Assembly (NCBI GenBank): GCA_947589325.1
Contig: CANQAM010000002.1
Span: 39,415-103,414, forward strand
Direction: 5' to 3'
Length of the DNA: 64,000 bases
Source of the DNA: an uncultured Bacteroidales bacterium
GTDB taxonomy: Bacteria; Bacteroidota; Bacteroidia; Bacteroidales; UBA11471
Part shown: in pieces, positions 1 through 10,500 of the stretch
Layout of the letters: each line of letters opens with the position of its first letter
How positions within the stretch are numbered: position 1 is the stretch's first letter
Notes under the pieces: model-generated
Seen by the model: the letters and a program-made list of their open reading frames with translations, nothing else
Told to the model about the DNA's origin: nothing
The model's database searches: none
Made by a program: the position numbers and the translations under genes

Positions 1-2527
1 CGTAGCTGCCGTTCGATACCGAGGGCTCTTCGTTGGCAGTCAGGTTGTCGGGCAGTTCCAGTATTTTGTTCACGTTGCGGTTGATGTTGAAGTTTGCCGA
101 AACCGTCCAGTCTTTGTTTTTGAATATTTCGTAATCGATGCGGTATTCCCAACCGATGTTGCTCAGCTTGCCGGAGTTGAAATATGCCAACTGGTTGCTT
201 GCGTATCCTACGCTCGACGGTATGGTAACTTTCGTCTGCAACAGGTCTTTCGTTATTTTATGATAGTAGTCGAACGTCATGGTCAGTTTGTTGTCGAGGA
301 AGCCCAAGTCGGTACCGATGTTGTATTCGGTCGAAGTTTCCCATTTCAGTTTGTTGAGCTGCATGGTGTTGGGGGCGATGGCAGCTTCGGTGTTGTAGTC
401 GCCGATAGAGGCGTAGGTACCGATGTAGGGTGCCGTGCCGCTCGGGGCATTTCCGCTCTGTCCCCAGCTGGCGCGCAGTTTGAGTTGATTCCACCAATCG
501 AGATTTTCCATAAACGGCTCTTCCTGCACGTGCCATGCCACACCGACGGCGGGGAAGAATCCCCAGCGGTTGGCCTTGCTCAGCGTGGAGCGGCCTTCGT
601 AGTTGGCAGTGAAGTTGATGACGTAACGGTCCATCAGCGTATAGTTTATCAATCCGCGTACGGCCAGTGTGCGGGCTTCGGACTTGCCGGAACCGAGGCT
701 TTGTATGGCGCCGCCCGTTACGGGGTCGGACATTCCCGGAGCCGCAGCACCGTATATAGCTTCGGAGGTATCGGAGCTGCGCGATTGTTCCGTCTTCCAC
801 AATCCCGTGAGAAGCAGGGTGTGAACGTCGAATGTTTGACGGTACATCAATTTGTTTTCGCTTTGCAGCGACATGGTGTTTTTGTAGGCGTCGGAGCTGT
901 AATTGGCATACCAGTCATTGATAGAAGCGTCGGTGGCCGATTGCGGCAGGAACATTCGCGTCTTGGTAGTATTGAATTTCATCGACACCCAGCCGGTGTA
1001 GGTGAATCCGGGCAGAATTTTGTAATTCAGCCGGTAGTTGATTTTTTCCTCCCGCTGGTTGGTTTTGCTGTAACTTTCATTGGCAGCGATGATGGGGTGA
1101 TAGTTTTTGTCTTTTCCGTTGAAAGCGCCTTGGAATTCTTCGGCGTTCTGGCGGAGGAAGTAATTGTCGGTCGGGAGACCTGTCGCGTCGTCGATCCAAT
1201 AAGGGCTCTTGTTCGGCATTTTGCGCATGGCTTCGGCACGCACATTGTCGAAATAGGGTTCCTTGTTGTTGGTGTCGGAGTAGGTGAACTCGGCGTACAT
1301 GTCGAGTTTTTCGGAAAATTTGTACGTCAGGTTGTACGAAGCGGTGATACGGTTCATGCCGGTGCCTACGCTCGTACCTCCTTCATTCATGTATGAAAGC
1401 GAGAATCGGTATGTGGCTTTTTCGCCGCCGCCCGACATGGAGAAACTTTCGTCGAAAATCCATGCGTTTTTGGTGATGTCTGAAAGCCAGTCGGTGTTGG
1501 TGTTGTATTCGTTGAAGTAGCGCCAGTTCGGATTGTAACCGATTTCGGGCGTGTCGAAAAGAAGTTCGAGGTAGGACGATGAATTGGAAAGTCCGCGTGC
1601 GTTGGCGGTGTTCCAAATGGCATCTTGCATGAATGCCACATATTCATCGCCGTTCAGCAGCGGAATCGATTTCGGTTCTACCTTGACGGTGAATTTGGAA
1701 GACAGGGTGAACGTCGTCTTTCCTTTTGTACCTTTTTTGGTCGTGATGAGGAGTACGCCGTTGGCGGCTTTCGTACCGTAAATGGCGGTCGATGCGGCGT
1801 CTTTCAGCACCTCTATGGATTCGATGTCGTAGGGGTTGAGGTTCAACATATCGGCAAAATCTTCGTTATTTGCCGTGTTGAAGTCGAACGAATCGTCGAT
1901 GTCGGTCGAGTAGGGAACGCCGTTGATGACAATCAGCGGGTCGGCATTGGAGTTGAGGGTTGCCGTACCGCGGATACGGATAGAGCCTTTGGCACCCGGG
2001 TCGCCGCCTGAAATGATGTCCACGCCGGCAAGCCGGCCTTGCAGAGCCTCTTCCACAGACGATACCGGCAGCGTTTCTACTACCGACGACATGTCGATTT
2101 TCTGTGTGGCTGCCGTTTGTTCACGAACGGTAAGTCCCATTTCCGTAACTTCGCTTCGGGCGCTCGATACGGTTATCTCTTCCAGTTGGTGCGAGCTTGG
2201 CTGCATGACTACCGTAACCGTTTTTTGTCCGGTATAAGGTATGCGCTGTGTTTCCATACCGATAAAGGAAACGACAATGGTTTTTGCGCCTGCCGGCACT
2301 TTCAGCGAGAATGTACCGTTGGCGTCGGTTGCCGCGCCGGCCAGTACACGCTGCTGGTCGTTTTCTATGGCGACATTCACGCCGATGGCGGGTTCGTGTT
2401 CTCCTTGATATATTTCATATACTTTACCGGACAGGAAACCCGATTCTGTCTGTGCCGATACGGTGCAACTGCCTATCGCACACAGGAACAAGATACTGTA
2501 TTTTATGGTAGAGATTACGTTTTTCAT
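1..2527 (-). CDS. SusC/RagA-type TonB-dependent outer-membrane receptor; C-terminal part lies beyond the left window edge
   Basis: Absent from the ORF track because it has no stop in the window. Reverse translation from ATG 2527..2525 gives MKNVISTIKYSILFLCAIGSCTVSAQTESGFLSGKVYEIYQGEHEPAIGVNVAIEND... (signal peptide plus carboxypeptidase-regulatory-like domain). At the window edge the same frame reads ...ANFNINRNVNKILELPDNLTANEEPSVSNGSY; the interior was not translated base by base. The start overlaps the stop of the upstream gene (ATGA, 2524..2527). Confidence 0.85.
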   Translation of the reverse strand, partial: MKNVISTIKYSILFLCAIGSCTVSAQTESGFLSGKVYEIYQGEHEPAIGVNVAIENDQQRVLAGAATDANGTFSLKVPAGAKTIVVSFIGMETQRIPYTGQKTVTVVMQPSSHQLEEITVSSARSEVTEMGLTVREQTAATQKIDMSSVVETLPVSSVEEALQGRLAGVDIISGGDPGAKGSIRIRGTATLNSNADPLIVINGVPYSTDIDDSFDFNTANNEDFADMLNLNPYDIESIEVLKDAASTAIYGTKAANGVLLITTKKGTKGKTTFTLSSKFTVKVEPKSIPLLNGDEYVAFMQDAIWNTANARGLSNSSSYLELLFDTPEIGYNPNWRYFNEYNTNTDWLSDITKNAWIFDESFSMSGGGEKATYRFSLSYMNEGGTSVGTGMNRITASYNLTYKFSEKLDMYAEFTYSDTNNKEPYFDNVRAEAMRKMPNKSPYWIDDATGLPTDNYFLRQNAEEFQGAFNGKDKNYHPIIAANESYSKTNQREEKINYRLNYKILPGFTYTGWVSMKFNTTKTRMFLPQSATDASINDWYANYSSDAYKNTMSLQSENKLMYRQTFDVHTLLLTGLWKTEQSRSSDTSEAIYGAAAPGMSDPVTGGAIQSLGSGKSEARTLAVRGLINYTLMDRYVINFTANYEGRSTLSKANRWGFFPAVGVAWHVQEEPFMENLDWWNQLKLRASWGQSGNAPSGTAPYIGTYASIGDYNTEAAIAPNTMQLNKLKWETSTEYNIGTDLGFLDNKLTMTFDYYHKITKDLLQTKVTIPSSVGYASNQLAYFNSGKLSNIGWEYRIDYEIFKNKDWTVSANFNINRNVNKILELPDNLTANEEPSVSNGSY

Positions 2528-4890
2528 AATACTCCGTTTATAAATTGTACACAACCGTCGTCAAAGACGAAAGGAAAATAATCATAGTCGCCCACCATGT
2601 CCACTCTTCCGTTGTAGCCCGGCTCTGCGACTTCGGCGCTCAGTTTTGTGCCGTCGTCGTAGATGTTTACGTGCGTGGCATTGATTTGCGGACGCCCGTC
2701 TACGATAATGTTTTCGGAATCGAGCGTGATAAGTCCGCCGTCGGCTTCGGTGTTTTCACCCCAGCCTACGAACGGATAGTTGGATATGGAGGCGGTGCTT
2801 AGCGGTATGAAATATACTTTCAGATATTTTTGCAGTGCATCTGGGTCACTGACCGTGCAGGCATTAAAGAAATCGACGCTTGGAACATTCGCGGTGGCTG
2901 TCGTGGCGATGCCGGGAATTTTCCCCGCAACGACGGCTTCTTTTACAGCATTGTTCGTGGGAATGAGCATCAGCGAACTTTCGGTCATGGCGGTCAATTC
3001 CGATCTGGCGATATCTATCATTCCGGCTTTTATCAGTAATTGTATGAATGCGCAGAACGGTGTTATTTCATCGGTACGCCCGCTTACCATCATGGCTATG
3101 AATTTGCTTGGAATAGCCATGTTTTCAAAACTTCCTTCAAACAAGGAGCCATCGTAGGCGTAGCAATGTCCGTTCGTCCAGTTGTCGCCCTTGAAAGTCA
3201 GTTCCGAGACTTCGCAGTACACACTGTTTTCATTTGCCATGTTGCCGGTGTAGGGTATCAGTTGGTCGAACAGGTAGGAATTGGTGATTTTCCCGTTTTT
3301 TACATACCAGTACACTTTGTTGTCGGGCATAAGCGTGGCAAACACGTGTTTCCCGCTCGTCGGCAGTTCTTCGAGCGTGGTGGTGGAGCCGTCTATGGCA
3401 GCCACATGGGTATATACATATTTCTGCTGTTCCGACGCCGACAGCTTGTTTTGTCCTAAAAGGAGCGTATTTTGAGCGGCATCGTAGGTGATGCCGTTGC
3501 GTGCCAATTGATCGTCGGAGGGATAGAGCACGATATATTTCATGTGTTCGGAGTACAGCGACTCTTCCAAATCCGAATTTTCCATCATGCGCTGGAAATT
3601 GCTGTATCGCTTGTATTGATAGGCAGGGCCGGTTACGGCGCTGAACATCGGCGGGGGAGTCAGTTCGTCGCAGCCGTACAGAGCGCCGTTCACACATATT
3701 TTACGGTTTTCTTCGGGGACGTTATCGACGTCGAATGAGATGACGGTGCCGAGCGAGCTTTTTATGTCGCCGCGCTCTATTTCTTCGGGAAAGACGATGG
3801 ACGCAGCGTAGATGCTGTTTTCCAGCAGACGGCGCAGAACGTCCGGCGAAACGGCATCGTAGGCGACTTCTTGCGGATAGCCGGTGCCTTCGACGCCCCA
3901 ATACTCTTTGTAGAAGTTGTCCCACGCATCGTCGTTCGGGGCGAAGATACTGTATGATACAGACGACAATGCCGTCATTTGCTTATAATCCGTTACCGGC
4001 CATTCGGTGGCGATGTTCGGCAGTTCGGGCGAGTGCAGATGCTGGTATAGGTCGGTGCCGTTGCCGTATTCGCGGGTCAGTGTTTCATCGAGATCGTAAT
4101 GCTCGTATTCATTGTAAAAGTTCAGATACGTGTTGTACGTGCCCGCTTTCTTCATTTCGTTGTAGATAGTTTCGAGCGGTTTGAGTACTTTATCTATAAG
4201 ATAGACATAGCCTGTGGACGTGATGATTTCATATTCATCGACAGAAGCGTTCGACACGTTGAATCCGTCGGCTCCTTCCCACGAAGAGCCCGGATAGAAA
4301 TATTCGTAGTTGCGCTTCGCGTCGATTTGTTTCGTTTGAAACATACGATACGAGAATACCGGTACGAAACGCTCCAAGTGGTACACGTTCACTTTGTTGC
4401 CGACAGTATCGGTTTCGAGAGTCGCGGCGTCTTGGCTTTTGGTGCGGAATTTGTAATACAGTCCCGCATTTACCATTTGCTCTTCCTCGGTGGCGCCGTC
4501 ACCTTCGTTCGGACGGAAATTGACGAGTTTGTTTTTATCGAACGAATAGTACAGAATATGGAAGCCGATGAGCTTCTGTACTTCTTCGACGGAAAGATCT
4601 TCGATGCTTTCGGCTCCGTATTCCGATTTCAAATATTCGGCAAAGGCGTCGTTGTTGGGTGCCATTACCGTCCAAATGCCTTTGCCTTGCAACAAGGGGG
4701 CATAGCCGGCTATATCCACACCGTTCAGAAACGTGCTGTAATTTCCTCTTTCCTGCAATGTTTCGTATATACTTCCTTTCATGTCTTTCGGCATATCGTA
4801 ATACGATAAATTGTCTTGACAGGAAATTCCTAAAACAGCCCAGCAAAGCACACCGGCAAAGATGATCCGACCTTTGAATGTGTTTTTCAT
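2524..4890 (-). CDS. Multi-FAS1 (fasciclin) domain surface lipoprotein, PUL-associated
   Basis: 788-aa ORF with a lipoprotein-type signal (VLCWAVLGISC). Repeated FAS1 motifs: WTVMAPNNDAF, SIFAPNDDAW, LMLIPTNNAV. Confidence 0.8.
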   Translation of the reverse strand: MKNTFKGRIIFAGVLCWAVLGISCQDNLSYYDMPKDMKGSIYETLQERGNYSTFLNGVDIAGYAPLLQGKGIWTVMAPNNDAFAEYLKSEYGAESIEDLSVEEVQKLIGFHILYYSFDKNKLVNFRPNEGDGATEEEQMVNAGLYYKFRTKSQDAATLETDTVGNKVNVYHLERFVPVFSYRMFQTKQIDAKRNYEYFYPGSSWEGADGFNVSNASVDEYEIITSTGYVYLIDKVLKPLETIYNEMKKAGTYNTYLNFYNEYEHYDLDETLTREYGNGTDLYQHLHSPELPNIATEWPVTDYKQMTALSSVSYSIFAPNDDAWDNFYKEYWGVEGTGYPQEVAYDAVSPDVLRRLLENSIYAASIVFPEEIERGDIKSSLGTVISFDVDNVPEENRKICVNGALYGCDELTPPPMFSAVTGPAYQYKRYSNFQRMMENSDLEESLYSEHMKYIVLYPSDDQLARNGITYDAAQNTLLLGQNKLSASEQQKYVYTHVAAIDGSTTTLEELPTSGKHVFATLMPDNKVYWYVKNGKITNSYLFDQLIPYTGNMANENSVYCEVSELTFKGDNWTNGHCYAYDGSLFEGSFENMAIPSKFIAMMVSGRTDEITPFCAFIQLLIKAGMIDIARSELTAMTESSLMLIPTNNAVKEAVVAGKIPGIATTATANVPSVDFFNACTVSDPDALQKYLKVYFIPLSTASISNYPFVGWGENTEADGGLITLDSENIIVDGRPQINATHVNIYDDGTKLSAEVAEPGYNGRVDMVGDYDYFPFVFDDGCVQFINGVL

Positions 4891-5078
4891 AGAATCGTGG
4901 TTTTCTGTTTTGTTTTGTATAGTTTATAATAACAGTGAAAAAATAAAAAATTTTTTCACAAATTACTATTTTGATAGTGTTCTTTCTTGTTATTGCATGA
5001 GCGAGGTTATTTGCAGCGTGCATTGCCGCCTCGCCCATGCAGATATCTTTCTTTTATATCTTCTCTCTGTTTTATCTG

Positions 5079-7337
5079 TTATTTTCGAAGAATCACTTTT
5101 TCTCCCTCTACAATGTAGAAGCCTTGCGGCAGCACGGTGGATATCTCTTTATAAGGTATCTGCCGGCGGACGCACTGTCCGGCGATGTTGTAGACATCGA
5201 CGAGACGGTCGGGGTCTTTGGGCGTTGCCGCAATCTCCTCGACGGCACTGGTGCCGATGTTGCGCACCGTCAGGATAAGCGATACCGCCACTTGGTTGTC
5301 TCCCGAGAATCGCAACAGAAACGAACCTTTCAACGGCGTTTCGAGTTCTATCGTGTGGGCGGCGCTGTTCGGAGTTCCTTTTCGCGACGGGAATACATAT
5401 CGAGTGTTATCGTACACGTTCTCTCCCAGTTGTTGCAGGTAGGAAGTGCCGTTGTCGTTATTGCAGCAACCTTCTATTTTTATGGAGACCACTTCTTTCC
5501 CGTCGGGTATGTTCACGTAAAAATCGATGTTGCGCGAATATTTTACCGTTGAGCCGCTTTTGGCGTAGGCTTTGTTATCGTTGTTGGTGATGAAGTAGCC
5601 GTCGTCGAAGTTCCAGCGGGTACCCTCCGAGCCGGTGGCGGTCGAGGCGGAGATTTCCACCTCTGTGGCTTCGGTCGATGAGGAGGAGTCTATCTTCTTG
5701 CCGAGCAGCTCGCCGCCGGAGGTGCAGCCCTCCATGATGTCGGCGACAAGGCTGTTCATATAGACTTCGAGCATGGTGTAGCCGCTGTCGTCGAGGGTGT
5801 TGCCGTCGGCGGGGTCGGCGGGATCAAGCCCCTTCTCTGTTTCCCATTCGTCGGGCATACCGTCGCGGTCGGTGTCGGCGCGTGCGGGCAGCGATTCCAA
5901 TTCAGGCCATGGGCTCGCGGCGCCCGGAGCGCGGCATTCGTTCTGCGTGTCGATGAAGCCATTGGTGCCGTAGGTAGCTGTTTTGTTGCGTGTGTCGGAT
6001 ACCATGACGGCATCGAGTGCGTCGCGTGCGTGACACGCGCCTACATACTCCAATACTTTCTCATACGCTACGTCGGGGGTGTGCGTCGTCGTGGCAATGA
6101 ACTCTATCGGCTCGCCGATGCGCATCGAGTCTTTGGTGCCTTGCGTGTAGGTGGAATCTACGCCGGAACCGTTACTTATCTGGGCGTAGATGCCTTTCGT
6201 CCAGTTATCTTGCGTAACTTCATTGTTACCCACGATTTTGTTTCCGTCCACGAAATATTTTCCCCACATATGCAGGGCAGGTTTCCAATTGTTCCATGAA
6301 ACAGTCACCGTCTTACCGTCTACGTCGATGGTGTTGGCGGCCATGTCTATTTCGTATTTCGTTCCACCGATGGTTACGTAATTTTTCGTTCCGTCGGAAG
6401 AACCGGATACGTTATTCTCATCATACGGAGTGTTTGCCACCTTGTTGTAATTGCTTGCAGTCGTTTTCTTGTCGAGGCAGTAATCAACCGTCCTGATGCC
6501 CGGCGAGGCGATGCGGTAAGCTATGGCTTTGGTGCCGGTGGCGGGACCGGGCTTGTAGTAATTGTTCACCATGTTCACGTTCATGGCTTCGCCGCCGTAG
6601 CAGCCGTTGACTGCCCAGTTGTAAATCACGTTGTTGCGCATATCCATGCGCTCGTCGAGCTGCGTCGAAGGACGCGGACCCAGACGCGGCGTGCGGCTCT
6701 CGTGGTGGCATATCAGGTTGTGGTGATACGATGCGCCGCTGCCGCCCCAGTTGCCGCCGTAGCCGTGTTTGCCTTTGCTGTGCCCTGAGTTGCGCAGACT
6801 TTGCGATGCGATGCACCACTGCACGGTGATGTTTGTCGAACCATAGACCGAGAGACATTCGTCGATGCTCCAGCTTACCGAGCAGTGATCGACCATGATG
6901 TCCCTTTGATCCATGCCGCCCAGCCCGTCGCCTTCGTGGTAGGCTACGTTTTTGTTGCCGAGACGGAAGCGCAGGAAGCGTATGATGACGTTGTTGGCGC
7001 TGATGGTAAAGGGATAGCCCGCGATGCAGATGCCGTCGCCCGGGGCGGTCTGCCCCGCGATGGTTACATTGCCGTTTTTCAGGGCAAGTGCCGATTCCAG
7101 AAATATCGTGCCCGATACGTCGAATACGATGGTACGTTTACCCGATTTTTCGATTGCCCAACGGAACGAGCCGTCGCCGCTATCGTTGAGATTGGTTACA
7201 TGATACACCGCACCGCCGCGTCCGCCGGTAATGTAGCGTGCAAAACCTTCGGCACCCGGAAATGCCGGCAGATCTTCATCGGCATGTACGGTGAAGAACG
7301 ATAAGAGACAACCGAAAAACAGAATTGTTTTTTTCAT
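5079..7337 (-). CDS. Pectate lyase, polysaccharide lyase family 1, with T9SS C-terminal sorting domain
   Basis: The ORF track starts at 7388; I prefer the internal ATG at 7337 (MKKTILFFGCLLSFFTVHA signal peptide). PL1 beta-helix motifs: IMVDHCSVSWSIDE and HHESRTPRLG. Ca-binding-like DTDRDGMPDEWE. The C-terminus ...VDVYNIAGQCV...GFYIVEGEKVILRK resembles a T9SS type-A CTD. Confidence 0.85.
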   Translation of the reverse strand: MKKTILFFGCLLSFFTVHADEDLPAFPGAEGFARYITGGRGGAVYHVTNLNDSGDGSFRWAIEKSGKRTIVFDVSGTIFLESALALKNGNVTIAGQTAPGDGICIAGYPFTISANNVIIRFLRFRLGNKNVAYHEGDGLGGMDQRDIMVDHCSVSWSIDECLSVYGSTNITVQWCIASQSLRNSGHSKGKHGYGGNWGGSGASYHHNLICHHESRTPRLGPRPSTQLDERMDMRNNVIYNWAVNGCYGGEAMNVNMVNNYYKPGPATGTKAIAYRIASPGIRTVDYCLDKKTTASNYNKVANTPYDENNVSGSSDGTKNYVTIGGTKYEIDMAANTIDVDGKTVTVSWNNWKPALHMWGKYFVDGNKIVGNNEVTQDNWTKGIYAQISNGSGVDSTYTQGTKDSMRIGEPIEFIATTTHTPDVAYEKVLEYVGACHARDALDAVMVSDTRNKTATYGTNGFIDTQNECRAPGAASPWPELESLPARADTDRDGMPDEWETEKGLDPADPADGNTLDDSGYTMLEVYMNSLVADIMEGCTSGGELLGKKIDSSSSTEATEVEISASTATGSEGTRWNFDDGYFITNNDNKAYAKSGSTVKYSRNIDFYVNIPDGKEVVSIKIEGCCNNDNGTSYLQQLGENVYDNTRYVFPSRKGTPNSAAHTIELETPLKGSFLLRFSGDNQVAVSLILTVRNIGTSAVEEIAATPKDPDRLVDVYNIAGQCVRRQIPYKEISTVLPQGFYIVEGEKVILRK

Positions 7338-7553
7338 GGTATCGCTTTTGCGTAAAATTTCACGAAACAAAGAAAGAGATATTTTCATAGAGGAAAGAGG
7401 ATTTTTTATTCAAAGAGGTGTACTTTTTCTATGAATGCGCTTGTTTTACGAAAGCCGATATCTTCTTTCCAAGTGTATAGTTTATTTGCAAATATAAATA
7501 TTTTTTTTCGATTTTACAAATTTTATCTGTAAAATCGAAAAGTGATACAATCA

Positions 7554-10500
7554 TTATTCTTTGATATATACCGACGGCGATTTGCCGGTTATCTTTTTGA
7601 AACTGCGGCTGAAATATTTGGGGTCGGCATATCCGACTTTGTAGGCGACTTCGGCAATCGAGAAGTTTCGCGACTGCATCAGCTGTATGGCGCGTTTGAT
7701 GCGTATGGTTTTCAGGAAGTTGATAGGCGACTGTCCCACCAACGCTTTGATTTTCCGGAAGAACACGCTGCGGCTGAGCGCCATTTCCCGCGCCAGATCA
7801 TCGACACTCAGGTCGGAGTTGTCGAGGTTGTCATCGACGTATGCGAGGAGTTTCTGCATGAATTGTTCGTCGGCGGGCATGATGGAGAGTTCGGGCAGTT
7901 GGTAACCCGTTTCGCCGGCGGAGTTTTGTCCGAGTCGTTCCATGTATTTTTCACGCAGGAGCTGCTGTTGCTGCTGTATCATGGCTACGCGGGCTTTGAG
8001 CAGCTGGGTGCTGAACGGTTTTACCATATAGTCGGCAATGCCGCTGTTGGCACCGCGAATGCGGTCGTCGAGCGTGGCTTTGGCAGTCAGCACGATAATG
8101 GGAATGTGACAGGTCGTGGCGTTGGCCTTTATGCGGTCGATAAGTCCGAATCCGTCGAGTTCGGGCATCATCAGGTCGGTAATCACCAAGTCGGGCATAT
8201 ATTCGAGCGTCCGTGTCCAGCCCTCTTCGCCGTTGCAGGCGGTATAGATTTTGTAGTTGCGGCACAGGCTGTTTTGCAGGAATGCGCGCAGGTCGCGGTT
8301 GTCTTCGACGATGAGAATGATGAAGCGGTCGTCGGCATCGGTGCCGTCGGCTTCTGCGGCGATTTCTTTTTCGTCGTCGGCCTCACTGTCGTTCAGTAGA
8401 AATTCGGCTTGCGCATCTTTTTCGAAGTGGTCTTTCCCCGTGAGGAATGCCACCTCGAACGTGCTGCCTTCGCCTGTACGGCTGTGGACGGCGATTTCGG
8501 CATGATGCAATTCCGCGAGCTGTTTGACCAACGACAGCCCGATGCCCGTCGATTGCTTGTAGATGTTGTTTTGCAGTATGGTGTCGAAGCGTTGGAACAG
8601 CGTCTCGATTTTGGCGGGCGGTATGCCTACTCCCTTGTCGTGCACGGCGATGACGATGCGGTCGTCTTTCCGCGCCGCCTCTACCGTTACCGACTTGCCT
8701 GCCGGCGTGTATTTGAAGGCGTTGGACAGAAGGTTGATGAAAATTTTTTCGAATTTGTCTTTATCCGCCCATACGTACATATTGTCGGGCCCCATTTCGA
8801 GACGGAAGTCGATTTTATTCATGCGGGCGATGTTGTCGAAGTTCTCCATGATGCTCTCCAACTCTTCCCGCACATTGAGCTTCTCGACCAGCAGGCGCAT
8901 TTTCTCGTTCTGGATTTTCCGGAAATCGAGAATCTGGTTGATGAGGTTCAACATACGGTGGGCATTGGTTTGTACGACTGTCAGGTATTCTTTGTCCTGT
9001 TCGGGCAGTTTTTCGTCTTCCAACACCTCCGAGAGCGGCCCTTCGATGAGGGTGAGCGGCGTGCGCAGCTCGTGCGAAATGTCGGTGAAGAATCGGAGTT
9101 TCGCTTCCGTGAGCTGCTGCTCCACCCGCAGGCGGTAGCGCAATTTGTAAATATGCAGATAGATGAATACGATGATGCTAATCAGCACGATAGCGAGTAC
9201 GATATAAAGACATATCGCATACGGCGTTTCGGCAAACGCCGGTTGGCGCGAAACGGGGAGCGTCCGTTCGTTATCGACCCAAAGCCCGTTGCGGTTGGTG
9301 GATTTCACCCGCAGTTTGAAATCTCCGGCCGGAAGATTGATGTAATTGGCTGTCAGGTTGTCGGAGGTGATAGTCCACTCTTTGTCCACACCTTCCAATT
9401 TGTAGGCGTACCTGATGGCGGCATCGGAAGAGAAATCGACGGCCACGAAGGGCACGGACAAGGTCCTTTCGGTCGCTTTCAGGTGTATTGCCTCTATCCC
9501 GTTTCCGAATATAATGGCGGGAATGTAGTCGTTGTCGTCTATCTTGTCGGGTTCGACCATCGCCACGCCCGTGCCGGTGGACACGAGCAGTTTCCCGTCG
9601 GGATAGATGTAGGGCTTGTTTTCCGACAGAGTGGTATAGCGTGGGAATATGTCGTTTCCGAAATTCTCGAAATTTTCGTTTCGGGGATTGAACCGCATCA
9701 GCAGCCGCTCGGAGAGCACCCAGATGTAGCCGTTGCGGTCTTCGGTAACGTTGAGCGCCACATCGGAGTAGGCGCCCGCCTGTTTGGTATAGGACTTGAA
9801 ACGGATATTGTCGGAAAGCAAATTCGGGGAGAGGATTTTATTCAGCCCGCCGCCGAATGCCGCCACGTATATATCGCCGTTTTCAGCCACTTCTATGCCC
9901 ATGACATCGTTCCCGCCCAGACTGTGCTCATCGTCTTTTTGCCGCACGTTGCAGTAGAAAAAGAGGTCTTCGGGTTGATAGAAATTTTCGTCGAATGTGA
10001 AAAGTCCCTGTGTGGTGCCGACGAGAATCACGCCGTCGTCGGTTTCCGCTATGCAGCGCACCTGTTTGGGCTTGCTGCCCGAGCGCAGCGCCAACCGGTT
10101 GTGTTCATGGAAAAACAGCGGTGCCGGGTCGTTGGGCGATTCTATCATGTTCAGTCCGAAATCGTAGCACCCGACCCAGATGTGCCCGTTTTTGTCCTGC
10201 AAGATTGCATATACGGCATCGCCGCTGAGGCTGTACGGTTTGTGTCCGTCGGGCTTGAAGTGTCCCGTAATGCGGTATCGGTGCGGGTCGGCATAACGCA
10301 TTCGGTAGAGCCCTTCGCCTTTTGTCCCCACCCACAGGTTGTGGTCTTTGTCTTCCAACATGGTGTAAATGCCGGCGCTGAACAGCGTTTGTTCCGATAC
10401 GATTCGTCCGTCGGGCGAGAGGTAGCCTATTCGTTTGCCGCCTTCCCGTATCTCCACCATGCCGTCGCGCGTCGAAATCCACATGCGTCCTGCCGAATCG

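Noticed and set aside
7507-7541. An 11-bp inverted repeat TCGATTTTACA/TGTAAAATCGA just downstream of the HTCS stop.
   Set aside because: It could be the HTCS terminator, but the T run lies on the wrong side for minus-strand termination. It is not followed by a U-tract on either transcript, so it is not called as a terminator. It may be an operator or a fortuitous AT-rich palindrome.
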